From: Lama guanicoe
Taxonomy: Eukaryota
Length of the DNA stretch: 64,000 nt
Assembly (NCBI GenBank): GCA_013239625.1
Contig: MU053792.1
Location: 532,941 to 596,940 of the forward strand
Direction: 5' to 3'
Positions within the stretch are counted from its first letter, which is position 1; the number at the start of each line of letters is the position of its first letter. The translations under genes were made by a program, and so were the position numbers. The notes beneath the pieces were generated by a model, which did no database searches, was not told the origin of the DNA, and worked only from the letters and a program-made list of their open reading frames with translations. Below are positions 26,231 through 39,039 of this stretch, piece after piece.

Positions 26231-29172
26231 TGCCTGGAATAATCACTCTTAATCACTGCATTCTTACAGTGTTGTGTTCTTACCCGCATTGTGTTTATTG
26301 TACTCCATTTTGTTCTACAGTTATTCAAGCCACCTATGTCTCCAGACAGAACATTTTCATACATTTTGGAATCCTTCAAAGTACTGCATCCTGATATTAT
26401 AGGTGTTTAATAATGATAGAAGTGTTTGTACCTCTCAACTGTATTTGACAATGGCTATCATTCCTTCTTCTTTGGATTCTGTTCTCTGTAGAGAGGCTCC
26501 TGAATCCTGTAATGGACAGTGTACATTCTAGAGCTCACTGCTGAGGTAACTCCTGAATTCTTCCTTTCCTTTTCACCCCTTTTCTTTATATCCCTCTCCT
26601 TTCATTCTTCAATGGATAAAACATTTTGCTATGTGCTGTAGAGCAGAGCTTTCTAACAGTCCAATGGTACAATGTAGAAGGCTGATAGATGTGTCATAAG
26701 ATACTGACCCCAGCCCTTGGGATGAGCAGGTGGGGCTTAGAGCTCCCAGGCTCTTTTTGCTGATCACCTCCAGATTAAAGTAGACTTTCCCCTGGCTTCT
26801 CTGAGAGAGATCTGGGTGAAATGGAGTCCAACTCTTCTGTCTTATAGGCAGTGACCATTGAAGATAATGAGCACTCACCACTCATAATAAGGTAGAGGAC
26901 AACCACAAAGGTGTTTGACCACCTGGCTGTTTATATCAGCTGCCAGCTACAGAATATACACTGCTCATTACAGAAGGGGCCTGTGGAATTTGGGGAGGAA
27001 TTCTTCCCATTTTCCATGAAGCTTTTCACTCAGCCCAAAGTGCTGCCAATTGAAGCCCAGGGAACAGGAAAGTTGAGTAAGATTCCTGACAGGTGACTCT
27101 TCCAGTGCCACTCCCAAATTTTGCCTTCCACATATGCTGAATACTGCTGTCCCTCTGCAGTTGACATGCCTTGCATTGCCTTCATATTGGCTGCTCCAGC
27201 AATGCTTGTGAATTCTGTAAATCAAGGATAATTATTTTGAAAAGCTTATTATGAAAACTTTTATTATATCCAAAATCCATACCCATTGTTATGCATCAGA
27301 ATTCTGCTCACTGCCTGTTCATCCCAGAAGATCTACAAAGGTCCAGAAAGAGCAAATCCACCTTCTCTGCCTAGGGTTATAAACAAGTCTCAGTCCTGCC
27401 TGTTAAGTTGTAGTCCTGCTGAGTATAGATTTAGCTTTCAGCCCCACCTCTGCACTGCAGTGATGGCTATGACTAAGCCCTACTTCTCTTCTAGCAAGAA
27501 CACACCAACAGTGGAGCCAAGCAGACAAAGTGGCCCTGGCATGGCTGCATTGCACCTCTCCCCTACACAGATACACCAACAGTGGTGCTTTTTTATGGTG
27601 ATCTCAGGCTGTTCTGTTCTGCACACACACCCCAGCCAGAGCTCACACTGCCCTCCAGTTCCCTGAGGCTGCCTCTGTGCAGTGGGCTTGTTACAGATCT
27701 CCAGCAGCCAGGCCAGGCTTGTCCCTGCCAGCTCGCATCTAGTGTTGGGGATCTCAGAGACCCTCCATGGCAATTTCTCTTAGTTCTGTCTGCCAAGTGG
27801 TTGCCACTTTCTCCTTGGAGTTTCAGAAGTACCACTTCTGTCCCTGCTGAGCTCCCAGCTGGAGGGGGGTGTCTCAGTGTGAGGGTCTTTTTCTTCCTAT
27901 GCTGCTCCCTCTCTTCAGGAATGGCCCTCCATTGATTTTTTTCTTTTTTTTTCTTACTGGACTTTGTGAGAATCCTCCTGTATTTTGAAATGAGAGACAC
28001 TCTGCCAGAGTTCAGTAGGCATTCTGTGTGATTCAGTGGGTTTGTAGATGTGATTCTTGGTGTATTTGTGGGAGAGGGTGAGCTGTGAGTCTCTCTACGC
28101 CATCATCTTGACCCAACTCCCTTGCCTGGAATAATCACTCTTAATCACTGCATTCTTACAGTGTTGTGTTCTTACCCGCATTGTGTTTATTGTACTCCAT
28201 TTTGTTCTACAGTTATTCAAGCCACCTATGTCTCCAGACAGAACATTTTCATACATTTTGGAATCCTTCAAAGTACTGCATCCTGATATTATAGGTGTTT
28301 AATAATGATAGAAGTGTTTGTACCTCTCAACTGTATTTGACAATGGCTATCATTCCTTCTTCTTTGGATTCTGTTCTCTGTAGAGAGGCTCCTGAATCCT
28401 GTAATGGACAGTGTACATTCTAGAGCTCACTGCTGAGGTAACTCCTGAATTCTTCCTTTCCTTTTCACCCCTTTTCTTTATATCCCTCTCCTTTCATTCT
28501 TCAATGGATAAAACATTTTGCTATGTGCTGTAGAGCAGAGCTTTCTAACAGTCCAATGGTACAATGTAGAAGGCTGATAGATGTGTCATAAGATACTGAC
28601 CCCAGCCCTTGGGATGAGCAGGTGGGGCTTAGAGCTCCCAGGCTCTTTTTGCTGATCACCTCCAGATTAAAGTAGACTTTCCCCTGGCTTCTCTGAGAGA
28701 GATCTGGGTGAAATGGAGTCCAACTCTTCTGTCTTATAGGCAGTGACCATTGAAGATAATGAGCACTCACCGCTCATAATAAGGTAGAAGACAACCACAA
28801 AGGTGTTTGACCACCTGGCTGTTTATATCAGCTGCCAGCTACAGAATATACACTGCTCATTACAGAAGGGGCCTGTGGAATTTGGGGAGGAATTCTTCCC
28901 ATTTTCCATGAAGCTTTTCACTCAGCCCAAAGTGCTGCCAATTGAAGCCCAGGGAACAGGAAAGTTGAGTAAGATTCCTGACAGGTGACTCTTCCAGTGC
29001 CACTCCCAAATTTTGCCTTCCACATATGCTGAATACTGCTGTCCCTCTGCAGTTGACATGCCTTGCATTGCCTTCATATTGGCTGCTCCAGCAATGCTTG
29101 TGAATTCTGTAAATCAAGGATAATTATTTTGAAAAGCTTATTATGAAAACTTTTATTATATCCAAAATCCAT
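25395..29172. repeat. Tandem duplication: 25395-27280 and 27291-29172, separated by a 10-nt filler
   Basis: Duplicated ORFs at offsets 1896 and 1892. By eye, 4 substitutions plus a T13 vs T9 tract. Confidence 0.97.
27291..28122 (-). mobile_element. Duplicated copy of the first ~830 bp of the L1 5'UTR
   Basis: Second copy of 25395-26230, followed by a third copy of the TSD at 28129-28142. Confidence 0.9.
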
Positions 29173-30639
29173 GCAAGAAAGCTCAATAAAAACTTGTCAA
29201 TTAAGGAAAACCTAAACTATTTAATAGTTTCAACTCAGGGAAAGTGTTAAATTGTTATTAAATAAACAGCTAATGTTTTTATCACCAAATTCTGAGCAAA
29301 TTTTCTCATGGGTAAAAATTAACAAACACATGAAGAGATCACAACTAAAAAGCTGGGAATGCATTTAGCCATTCAAAGCATAAAATCTGATCTTAAAAGA
29401 AATTAATGTTCTTAGGAAGCTCAAATTTCTCCCTATAAAGTGGAAAACATTATTTTGAAGGATAAATTTATCATTTAATATTTTCTTTATTTCTTTGCAA
29501 TTAATTACTCTTATCATAATCATTTAATATATTGAAGAGTTGGTTAGGCTTTTCACCAAACTCTTTGGAGATGTCTTCAGAAGGTGGGAGGCCCTTCTCA
29601 ATGACACAGGATCAGCCATAGATGCACCACTAGCTCTGAGGAGCTCCACCTCTCATAAGTTACGTGAACGTGGGCTGAAAGGCCTGCAGTAATGTATGAA
29701 GCTAGTAGCGCCTGCTGCTGTAGAAATGCAAACAATTGAGCAATTGTGTTTAGTTGGAGAATCAGTAAAAGAATGAAGATTAGGGGAAAGAAGTTAAGGG
29801 AAAACACAACTACAAAGGTTAAAAGAAATTTTTTAAGCCTGCTTTGGATAGAATGAATGGCTGCTCAGAAACAAGGGAGTGGAGTTAACTTAGTCATTTC
29901 CCGCTGATGGCCTTGCCCTCAGCTTCCGTATCCCCTCAGCTCACTAAGGCTGGGTTCCTTCACTGACAGATAAACTGAAGCTGCTTTTGGAACTTTATCA
30001 ACAGGTTTTTATTTCTAATCCATTTTCAGATGACATGTTGTCTGCTTACAATAGCATTTGGCATACTTATTATTTCCTCTTTTCACTTGAAATCCATGAC
30101 ACCAGTTTCTCCTGGAAGTGCTCTTAGGATCACTTGTCTTCATCCTTCAGAGCATCTTTTCTTCACTCACTCTGTTTCCACAAGTTTAGGTCCTCGATCC
30201 TCTTCTCTCCCCTCCATACACTGCTGTCCTTTGTTCCCTTGTCCTTCCAAGGTGTGACCTGTCACACTGAGCCTGACTTACACGTCGGACTCAGAGCTCA
30301 GCTGAGCTTTAGATCCATATATTCTATTGGGAGTGGAATTCTTCATTATGTATTCCTGGAGGTAATAAATCACAAATTCATCACATTTTTCCCCATATCT
30401 TTTCATTTTGTATTTATGTATTTATTAACCCATGATCATCAACACATTTGCTCAAGGTAGAAATCAGCAGCTGTCTTTCATTTTCTTGATCTCTAAACTC
30501 TGTTCCCCCAGTCCAGCCTACCTTTCGGTCTTACTAATGCTCTCTCTGACATCTGTATGTTTCTCTATGCTACTTCTCTGTCTAAAATGAAAAAAAAATG
30601 CATTCCATGAAGGTTTAATATGTAGATTTACATTAGAGG

Positions 30640-33600
30640 GTCAGAACCCACCAGAGGGCCCCAGGCATGGTCCCACAAACCAGTGTGCAGGCGCTAGTCC
30701 TGGGACCCTCAAAGTCTCATAGTCAGCCATTTGGACCCAGCCCCACATACGAGCTGGCAGACACCAACTCTGGGAATCTAGGCCCTGCAGCCAGAGATCT
30801 CAGGACACAGCTCACCTGTCAGCAGTTTGGCACCAGCCCCAGGACTCCCTGGGCCCTGGTCCTACCCACCCCCAGGCCAACACTAGCTCTGGAACAACTT
30901 GGAACCTTTAGCTAGCTGCCCTGGGATCCAACTCCATGACTAGCATGCTGACACCAGTTTTGGGACCCTAAGGCCTTGCAGCCAGAGAATCTAGGGTCTG
31001 GCTTTACCCAGCAGTGGAGCCAGCACTAGCCCTGAGACCTCTGCCCCAGCCACAACCACAGGAAGGCTAATTCCAGCTCTGAGACACACTGGATCCCTCG
31101 CCCAGCCCCCAACAATATGGTAGGCTGAGATCAGCTTTGGGATACCCCAGAACCCACAGCAAGCCATGTCAAGAACCAGTCATGCTCACCAGCAGTCCAA
31201 CTCAAGACACACAGCTCCAGCCTCTGCAACCATCCACCCCAAAGCCAAGCTCCACCCTCCAGTGGACCAGACTAGACCTGGGAATACCTAGTGCTCTGCA
31301 GCCAGCTACCTTGTGACCCATAACCCTCTACATAAGGCAGGGCCTGGAAACCAACTGGGAACCAGCCAAGCCTACCAGACCACCCACAATAGTCAGCCCA
31401 CTACAACAGAAGGGCCAACACAGCCCACACAGAGGCCACACCTAGAGCATGTAGCTCTGGTGACCCGATGGGCATGTGCTGCAGGGCCCAAAGGACATCT
31501 CCTTATATAAAGCCACCTCTCCAAGTTTGGGGAAAGTAACCAAACTACAATATGCATAGAAATAAAAAAAGAGAGTTAGTCAGAATGAGACAACAAAGGG
31601 ATATGTTCCAAATGAAGAAACAAGATAAAACCCTAGAAGAATAACTAAATGAAGTACAGATAAGAAATCTACCTGATGAAGAATTCAAGATAATAATTGT
31701 AAAAATGAGCAAGAACTTGAGATAAGAGGAACTGAATGAGAAGTTAGACATTTCTAACAAAGAGTTAGAAAATATAAATAACCATATAAAGCTGAAGAAT
31801 AAAATAATGAAAAGAAAAAATACATTAGAAAGGATTAACAGTAGTCTAAATCATACAGAGGAATGGATAAATGAACTGGAAGACAGAGTAGTGGATGTCA
31901 CTGAAATGTAATAGAAAAAAAGATTTTAAACATGAAGACAGTTCAAGAGACCTCTGAAGTAACAGCATTATTTGCATTTTAGGGGTCACAGAAAAAGAAA
32001 AGAGAGAGAAGGGGCAGAGAACATAGTTGAAAACATAAGAGCTGAAAGCTTCCCTAATCTGGGGAAAAAACAGGTTAGGGAAGCACAGAGATATCCAAAT
32101 AGGATCAACCTAAAAAGGAACATACCAAGATACATTGTAATAGAAATGGCAAAAATTAAAGATAAAGATAAAATATTAAAAGCAACCTGGAAGAGCAACA
32201 AGTTACATGCACGGGAACTCCCATAAGGGTATCAGCTGATATTTCAGAATCTCTGCAGGACAGTTGGGAGTGGCACAACATATTTAAAATGACGAAAGAG
32301 AAAAACCTACAACCAAAAATATTGTACCCAACAAGACTTTCATTCAAATTTGATGGAGAGATCAAAGGTTTATAAACAAGAAAAATCTGAGTTCAGCATC
32401 ACCAAACCAGATTTACAAGAAGTGTTAAAGGAACTCCCCTAAATAAAAAAGAAAATACCACAGCTAGAAATATAATAATTATAAAAAAATTTTTCATTGG
32501 TTAAGACACATACACAATAAAAGCAGCAAATTAACCATATACAAAACTAGTAGGAAGGTTAAAAGACAAAAGCAATAAATCATTTATATCCACAATGAGT
32601 AGTTAAGGCACATGCAAAACAAAAAGATATAAAACATGATGTCAAGAAGAGTAATCATGATAGGAGAGGAGTAAAAATTCAGGATTCTTAACATGCATTT
32701 GAAATTTAAAAATCAGAAACTTAAAGTTTTATATATAGTTAGTTAGTTAGTTAGTTATAGTTAGTTATAGTTATATATAAACCAAACCAAAAATCTAAAA
32801 TACAGACACACAAAATGAAATTAATCTAACACACAAAGTTAATCATCAAATCATAAGAGAAGAGAGAAAAGAAGAAGAAAGAACAAGTGGGATTTATCCC
32901 TGGGATGCAAGGATGGTTCAATAACCCCAAATAAATCAACCTGATACACTAATAACAAAACAAAGTATAAAAACCACATGATCTATGAGTCATAGACATA
33001 GAATACAAACTTGTGGTTGCCAAGGGGGAAGGGGGTGGGAAGGGACAGACTGGGATTTCAAAATGTAGAATAGAGAAACAAGATTATACTGTATAGCACA
33101 GGGAAATATATACAAGACCTTGTGGTAGCTCACAGCGAAAAAAAAAATGTGACAATGAATATATGTATGTTCATGTATAACTGAAAAATTGTGCTCTACA
33201 CAGGAATTTGACACAACATTGTAAAATGACTATTACTCAATAAAAAAAAAGTTTAAAAAAACATATGATCATCTCAACAGATGCAGAAAAAGCTTTCGAC
33301 AAAATTCAGTATAACTTATGATAAAAATTCTCAACAAGTGAGTATAGAGGGGACACACCTCAACATAATAAAGACCATATATGACAAGCTCACAGCTGTC
33401 ATACTCAACAGTAAAAAGGTGAAAATATTTTGTCTAAGATCAGGAACAAGACAAGGATGCCCACTCTTGCCACATTTATTCAACATTGGAATAATTCAGT
33501 ATTGGAAGTCTTAGACCCAGCAATCAGACAAGAAAGATAAATAAAAAGAATCCTAATTGGAAAGGAAGAAGTAGACTGTCACTATTTGCACATGACCTGT

Positions 33601-35900
33601 TACTACACATAGGAAATCCCAAAGACACCACCAAAAAACTCCTAGAATTCATTAGTGAATTCAATTAAGTTACGGTATACAAGTTTAATATATCTGTAGC
33701 GTTTCTATACACTAATAACAAACATCAGAAATAGAAATTGAGAACAAAATCTCATTTGCAATGATGTCAGAAAGAATGAAATGACTGGAAATTAGTCTCA
33801 CTTGGAAGATAAAAGAACTGTACTTAGAAAAATACATGACATTGATGAAAGAAATTAAAGATGACACAAACAGTTGGAAAATACATTTTACTCTGAGATT
33901 GGAAGAATTAATATTTTTAAATGATCATACTACTCAAGGCAATCTACAGATTTAGTGCACTTCTTATTAAAATACCAGTGGCATTTTTACGGAAATAGAA
34001 CAAATAGTTATAAAATTTGTATGTAAACACAAAAGACCCTGAATAGCCAAAGCAATTGGGAAATAAACACAATGCTGGAGATGTTATCACACTTCCTGAT
34101 TTCAAACTATACTACAAAGCTACAATAATAAAAACAATATGGTACTTGCACAAAAACAGATATGTAGATCAATGAAACAGATTCAGAGCCCAGAAATGAG
34201 CCCACACTTACATGGACAATTAATCTATGACAAAAGATGCAAGAATGTACAATAGGGAAAGACAGTCTCTTCAATAAATGCTGTTGGGAAAACTGAACAG
34301 CCACATGCAAAAGAATCTAACTGAACTACTCTCTGACATCATGCACAAAAATCAATACAAAATGGGTTAAAGACTTAAATGTAAGACCTGAAGTCATGAC
34401 ACTTCTAGAAGAAAACATGCAATACTCTCTTTGACATTGGTTGTATTATATTTTTTGGATATGTCTCCTCAGGTAAAGGAAACAGAAACAAAAATAAGCA
34501 AATGTGGCTACATCAAATTAAAAAGCTTTACACAGCAAAAGAAGCTTTTACCTAAAAGGAAAAAGTCACCTACTGAACAGTAAAAGACATTTTCAAACAA
34601 TATATCCCAATGAAGGGTAAATATTCAAAGTATACAAAGAACTCACACAACTCAACATGCACAAAAACAAACAGCCCAATAAAAAAGCAGGCAGAAGACC
34701 TCAATAGGCATTTTTCTAAAGAAAACATACAGATGGACAACAGGCACATGAAAAGATGGTCAGCATCACTATCATAAGAGAATTGCAAATCAAAACTACA
34801 ATGAGATATTACCTCACACCTAGCAGAACTGTTATTATCAAAAAGATCACAAATACCCAGTGGTGGTGAAGATGTGGAGAAAAGGGAACCCTCGTGCACT
34901 GTTGGTGAGGATGTAAATTGGTGCAGCCACTGTGGAAAACAGTAGGGAGATTACTCAAAAAACAAAACAAAACAAAACAAAACTACCATATTATCCAGCA
35001 ATTCTACTCCTGGGTATCTAATCAAAGAAAATAAAAACACTAAGTCAAAAAGATATATGTACTTTCATGATGTTCACATCAACATTATTTACAATAGCCA
35101 AGATATGGAAGCAACCTAAATGCCCATTAATAGATGAATAGATAAAGAGGTTAGATATATACACACATACCCACACCCACAAACTACTCAGCCACACGAA
35201 GTGAAATCTTGACATTTGTAACCACATGGATAGACCTAGAGAGTATTATGCTTAGTGAAATAATTCAGACAGAGAAAGACAAACACTGAATGATTTCACT
35301 TATAATGTTGAATTAAAAAATAATACAAAGGGAAAAAACGACAATGAAACACAGACCTTCCCAAAAATACTCATAGATACATAGAACAAGAAGATGGTAA
35401 CCAAAGGGAAGAGGCAAGGTGGGAGGAAAGAAGTAGATGAGAAAGTTTAAGAGGTACAAACATCCAATAGCAAGATAAATGAGTCATGGCTATGAGAATG
35501 CAGAATACAGCATGCAGAATATAGTCAATAATCATGTAGTATCTTTGTATGGTGATACATCATAACTAAGCTGATCATAAGTAGATGATCATTTTGAAAC
35601 ATACAGAAATATCACATTGCTACATTGTGTACCAGGAACTGACATAGTGTTTTAGGTCAATTATACTACAAAAACAAACAGACTCGTGGCATAAGATCAG
35701 ATTTGTGCTTACTAGAGAAGGCATCAAGGGGAGGGGATTTGGATGAAGGCAATCAAAAGTACAAATTTCCAATTTGGAGATAAGTAAGTTCTAGGGATGT
35801 AACGTACAACATGATAAACATAATCAACACTGCTCTAAGTTATATGTGAAGTTAGCTATGAGAATAAATCATGCATTCTCATAAAAAATTGAATAAAAGG
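30640..35900 (+). mobile_element. Long decayed LINE-1 lacking the endonuclease region
   Basis: GC-rich 5'UTR at 30640-31500 and ORF1 remnants (31972-32226, PNRINLKRNIPRYIVI). The sequence jumps at ~32885 into the RT region (caagtgggatttatccctgggatgcaagg; 33281-33514, SGTRQGCPL), then ORF2 C-terminus and 3'UTR. Confidence 0.92.
32984..33255 (+). mobile_element. Young L1 3' end nested in the RT region of the older L1
   Basis: TSD aaaaaccacatgatc (32969-32983) vs aaaaaacatatgatc (33256-33270); the host L1 sequence resumes after it. Confidence 0.9.
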
Positions 35901-38900
35901 TTTCAACACATAGATTTTGAAAAATTAGTCAGTTCAATCAAAAAATAAATATGGTGACTGGATACATACCACACAGTAAGCTCATTCCACTTGGATCTGT
36001 ATGTATTTATGGTGTATTTTCAACTTTGATAGGCATTAAAACCAGTATCAAAATAAACCAAAATTGTAACCAAATCTTCAAATGTCTGCATCATAAAGAA
36101 CTTTAAAAATTTCAAAACTAGTGAAGAACCTTTGATCATGCTGCTCTCTCACAAACAATTAATAAATACAAACACACTGTAATATAAAGCACATGATGAT
36201 GCCAGACTTTGTTAGCAGATTATAAAAACAATATTTTAGGGGAAATAAAAAGATTTTACTCTTATGAAAATAAAATGAAATTGAAATATGCTTTATTTCC
36301 TACATTTTAATTTCCATATTCATATGATATACCTAAGAGCAGACATAAATCTACCATTAGAAAGCACACACTCTTCAACACATTTTTATAGCCTTCAACA
36401 CAATTTTATAGCTCAAATTTCTCTACCCATTTGCTGTGTTCCTTTTCTGTCTTACCAGGTATTTCACTTACTGTAGCTTATCTATAATCCTCCCCATTGG
36501 ACTAAGAAGCATGCCAGCCGACACACATTGCACAAGACTGCTTTTAACATTCAGGAAACCAGACAGGTCTGTGAGCAGAATCATCTTGAAAGTGAAGTCA
36601 GTATGGCTCCATGTTATTTTTGTTAAAAATGCTGTGTGAAATATATTCAGTTGCAGCCAAGGATATTTCCAAGGGAAGGCAGGTGGTTGGGGTGTTGACT
36701 ACATACACACAGCTCAGTCTTCTCAGCTGGTAAAAAAAAAAAAAAAAGAAGGTAAAAACAGAATCAGAAAAAAGTTTGGAATTCAGATGTAATAAGCTGG
36801 GATGTGTACAGTTAATAATGAGGAATAAGGTACCTCTTTAGGGATCAGTCACTTGAGTTGTTTCAAGTACCAGATGGTTGTACGACTGGAGTGACCGTGC
36901 TGACTTCCCATACTTAGATTTTTGTCCTTCCCAACCACACACGTATTTCTACTTGTTAAACTGAAGGAACAGTCATTATTGATCTAAGTTTGCTACCATG
37001 GCACTTGCGTTAAATGATTCAGTCAGGACTAGTATTTCTGCAAAAATGCAAATTACATAATTTTCTATCACTAATGATGCAGAAGTGTCAGCTGTCAGAG
37101 CCAAGGCAATGATGATAATTAGTGCAAACCAAACACTTGGCTTTTCTCATAAATATATGTGATATATATGGAATTGGGTGTTTCTTTGACTCCTGCTGCA
37201 TACATTACTGGCTATCTGACACTGGGCTGGTTACATAACCACTTATGTTTTAATTTTCTCATCTCTCAAACAGGTTAGTACAACTTAAATTGAAAGGTTG
37301 TTTTAAGAACTAAACATTACATTCTTAGATCATAGTAGCTCCTTAATAAAGAACAATTTTAGCCATCACAGTCAAATTGTCCAAAGTCAAAATAAATTTA
37401 GAACTGTTAAATGCATATTTTGTGAAAGTGTCTAATGTAGTTGCTTAAACTAGAAAACATGATATAATATTCACTTTTTAAAATCTGAAATATCATTTTA
37501 GAAGAGTTTGATTATCCAAAGTAATTTCATAAATTCACCATCAACTACCTGTTTATAAATCAAGTTAAGCAAAATGAACCATGAGTTCATTATTAGAAGA
37601 AATACAATACCATATGTTAATAAACAAGGTGGGAGATAAATGTATGGCTCAACACCCCAATTTGTATCTATCCCTTGACGATTTGTTTATAAAGTATTTA
37701 TTTAATGTCTACATATGCCAGGCTCTTAGAGTCTGGCTTTAAGAGAAGCTGCAGAGGCCTGCATGGCTACCCCATCATGATTCCCATCTCTGAGCAGCTC
37801 ATCACTCCTGTGGGGACCCACTTCCGTCTGTCTGGAACGCTCCTCCTTTTCTTAAAAAATTATGACCTTCCAGTTTTTCGTAATCATGCTCAAACACTAA
37901 CTTTCTCATGATATTTTACTTGACCATCCCAACCCTTGAATAGGTATTAAGACGAGGAGCTGGCATTAAGGTAGGGGTAGGTTCATATTTAATATGATAT
38001 AATCCCTGTCCTGAAGATTTCTACCACTAATGTAAGGTTGAAAACATATTTCTTTGTACTCACTTGGATATGTGTGTTTCTGCATATATGTCTGCATTTG
38101 GGATCCTTTAACTGGAAGGAACAAATGCCATAAAGGCTAAACCACTTTTTCATTCCTTTGTGACACCATAATCCATAGTAAATGTTCTATAAATAAATGG
38201 TGACTGAGTGAGTGAATTAGTCTTACTTGGTGACACCTTTCAATTACAGTGACTTCAGAGAGGAATGAAGAACATAAAATAAGGAAAGTGATCCTTTTGG
38301 TGTAATGAGGATTCTGTGGTTCTGAAACAGAGATAATTTATCAGCATTAAAATCATGCACGATGTCAATCAGCTTCATGGAGAGACCATGTGGGGTAGAA
38401 AGAGGACAAGGGATTAATCAAGCAGCTGCTATAGGGCAAGATTAGTGTGTTGATTTCAAGTAAGTCTGACAGATAGATACAAAGGTACCGCAACGCCCTC
38501 CGTGAGGCATAAGGGTTTTGTTCCTATTGCTAGGAAGTGACTGTGTCAAGCTATATGAAAATCAAAAAGTATCAGTTCAATCAGGGAAAAGCATATACAC
38601 ATTGAAAAAAACAGGCAGTGCCAAGAAGTGATTTAGCTAATAAATACATAAATAAGTGCATTAAATCATTGGCATTTGTCTGGATAATGCCCTGGCCTCC
38701 TAGAGGACAGAATGCCATAAATAAGTCATCCATTTATATTAATGCCTGTGTAATTCAATGTGTTCCAGTCTTGCAGATAATCAACAAGAGTAGACATGGG
38801 TTTTTAGTACTCACCAATGCATGAAACAAAATATGGTATAAAAATTAAATTGTTTTGGAAAAAAATTCAGGTTTCTCACTGTTGGCGAGAAATTATGAGT

Positions 38901-39039
38901 TGGTTTCTTAACATTATATAAAGGAGACCTTTGAGACTCCTGTCTCTTTAAACTCATCATTATGATGTCACAAATTTAACACTGATATGTTCTATTGCAT
39001 GTATTATTCCTTTTGGTATCTAAACAAGATAAGAAAGAA

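Noticed and set aside
25249..29117. Pairs of near-identical ORFs suggesting a duplicated gene cassette
   Set aside because: They arise from the tandem duplication of an L1 5'UTR and its flank; no recognisable domains or exon structure.
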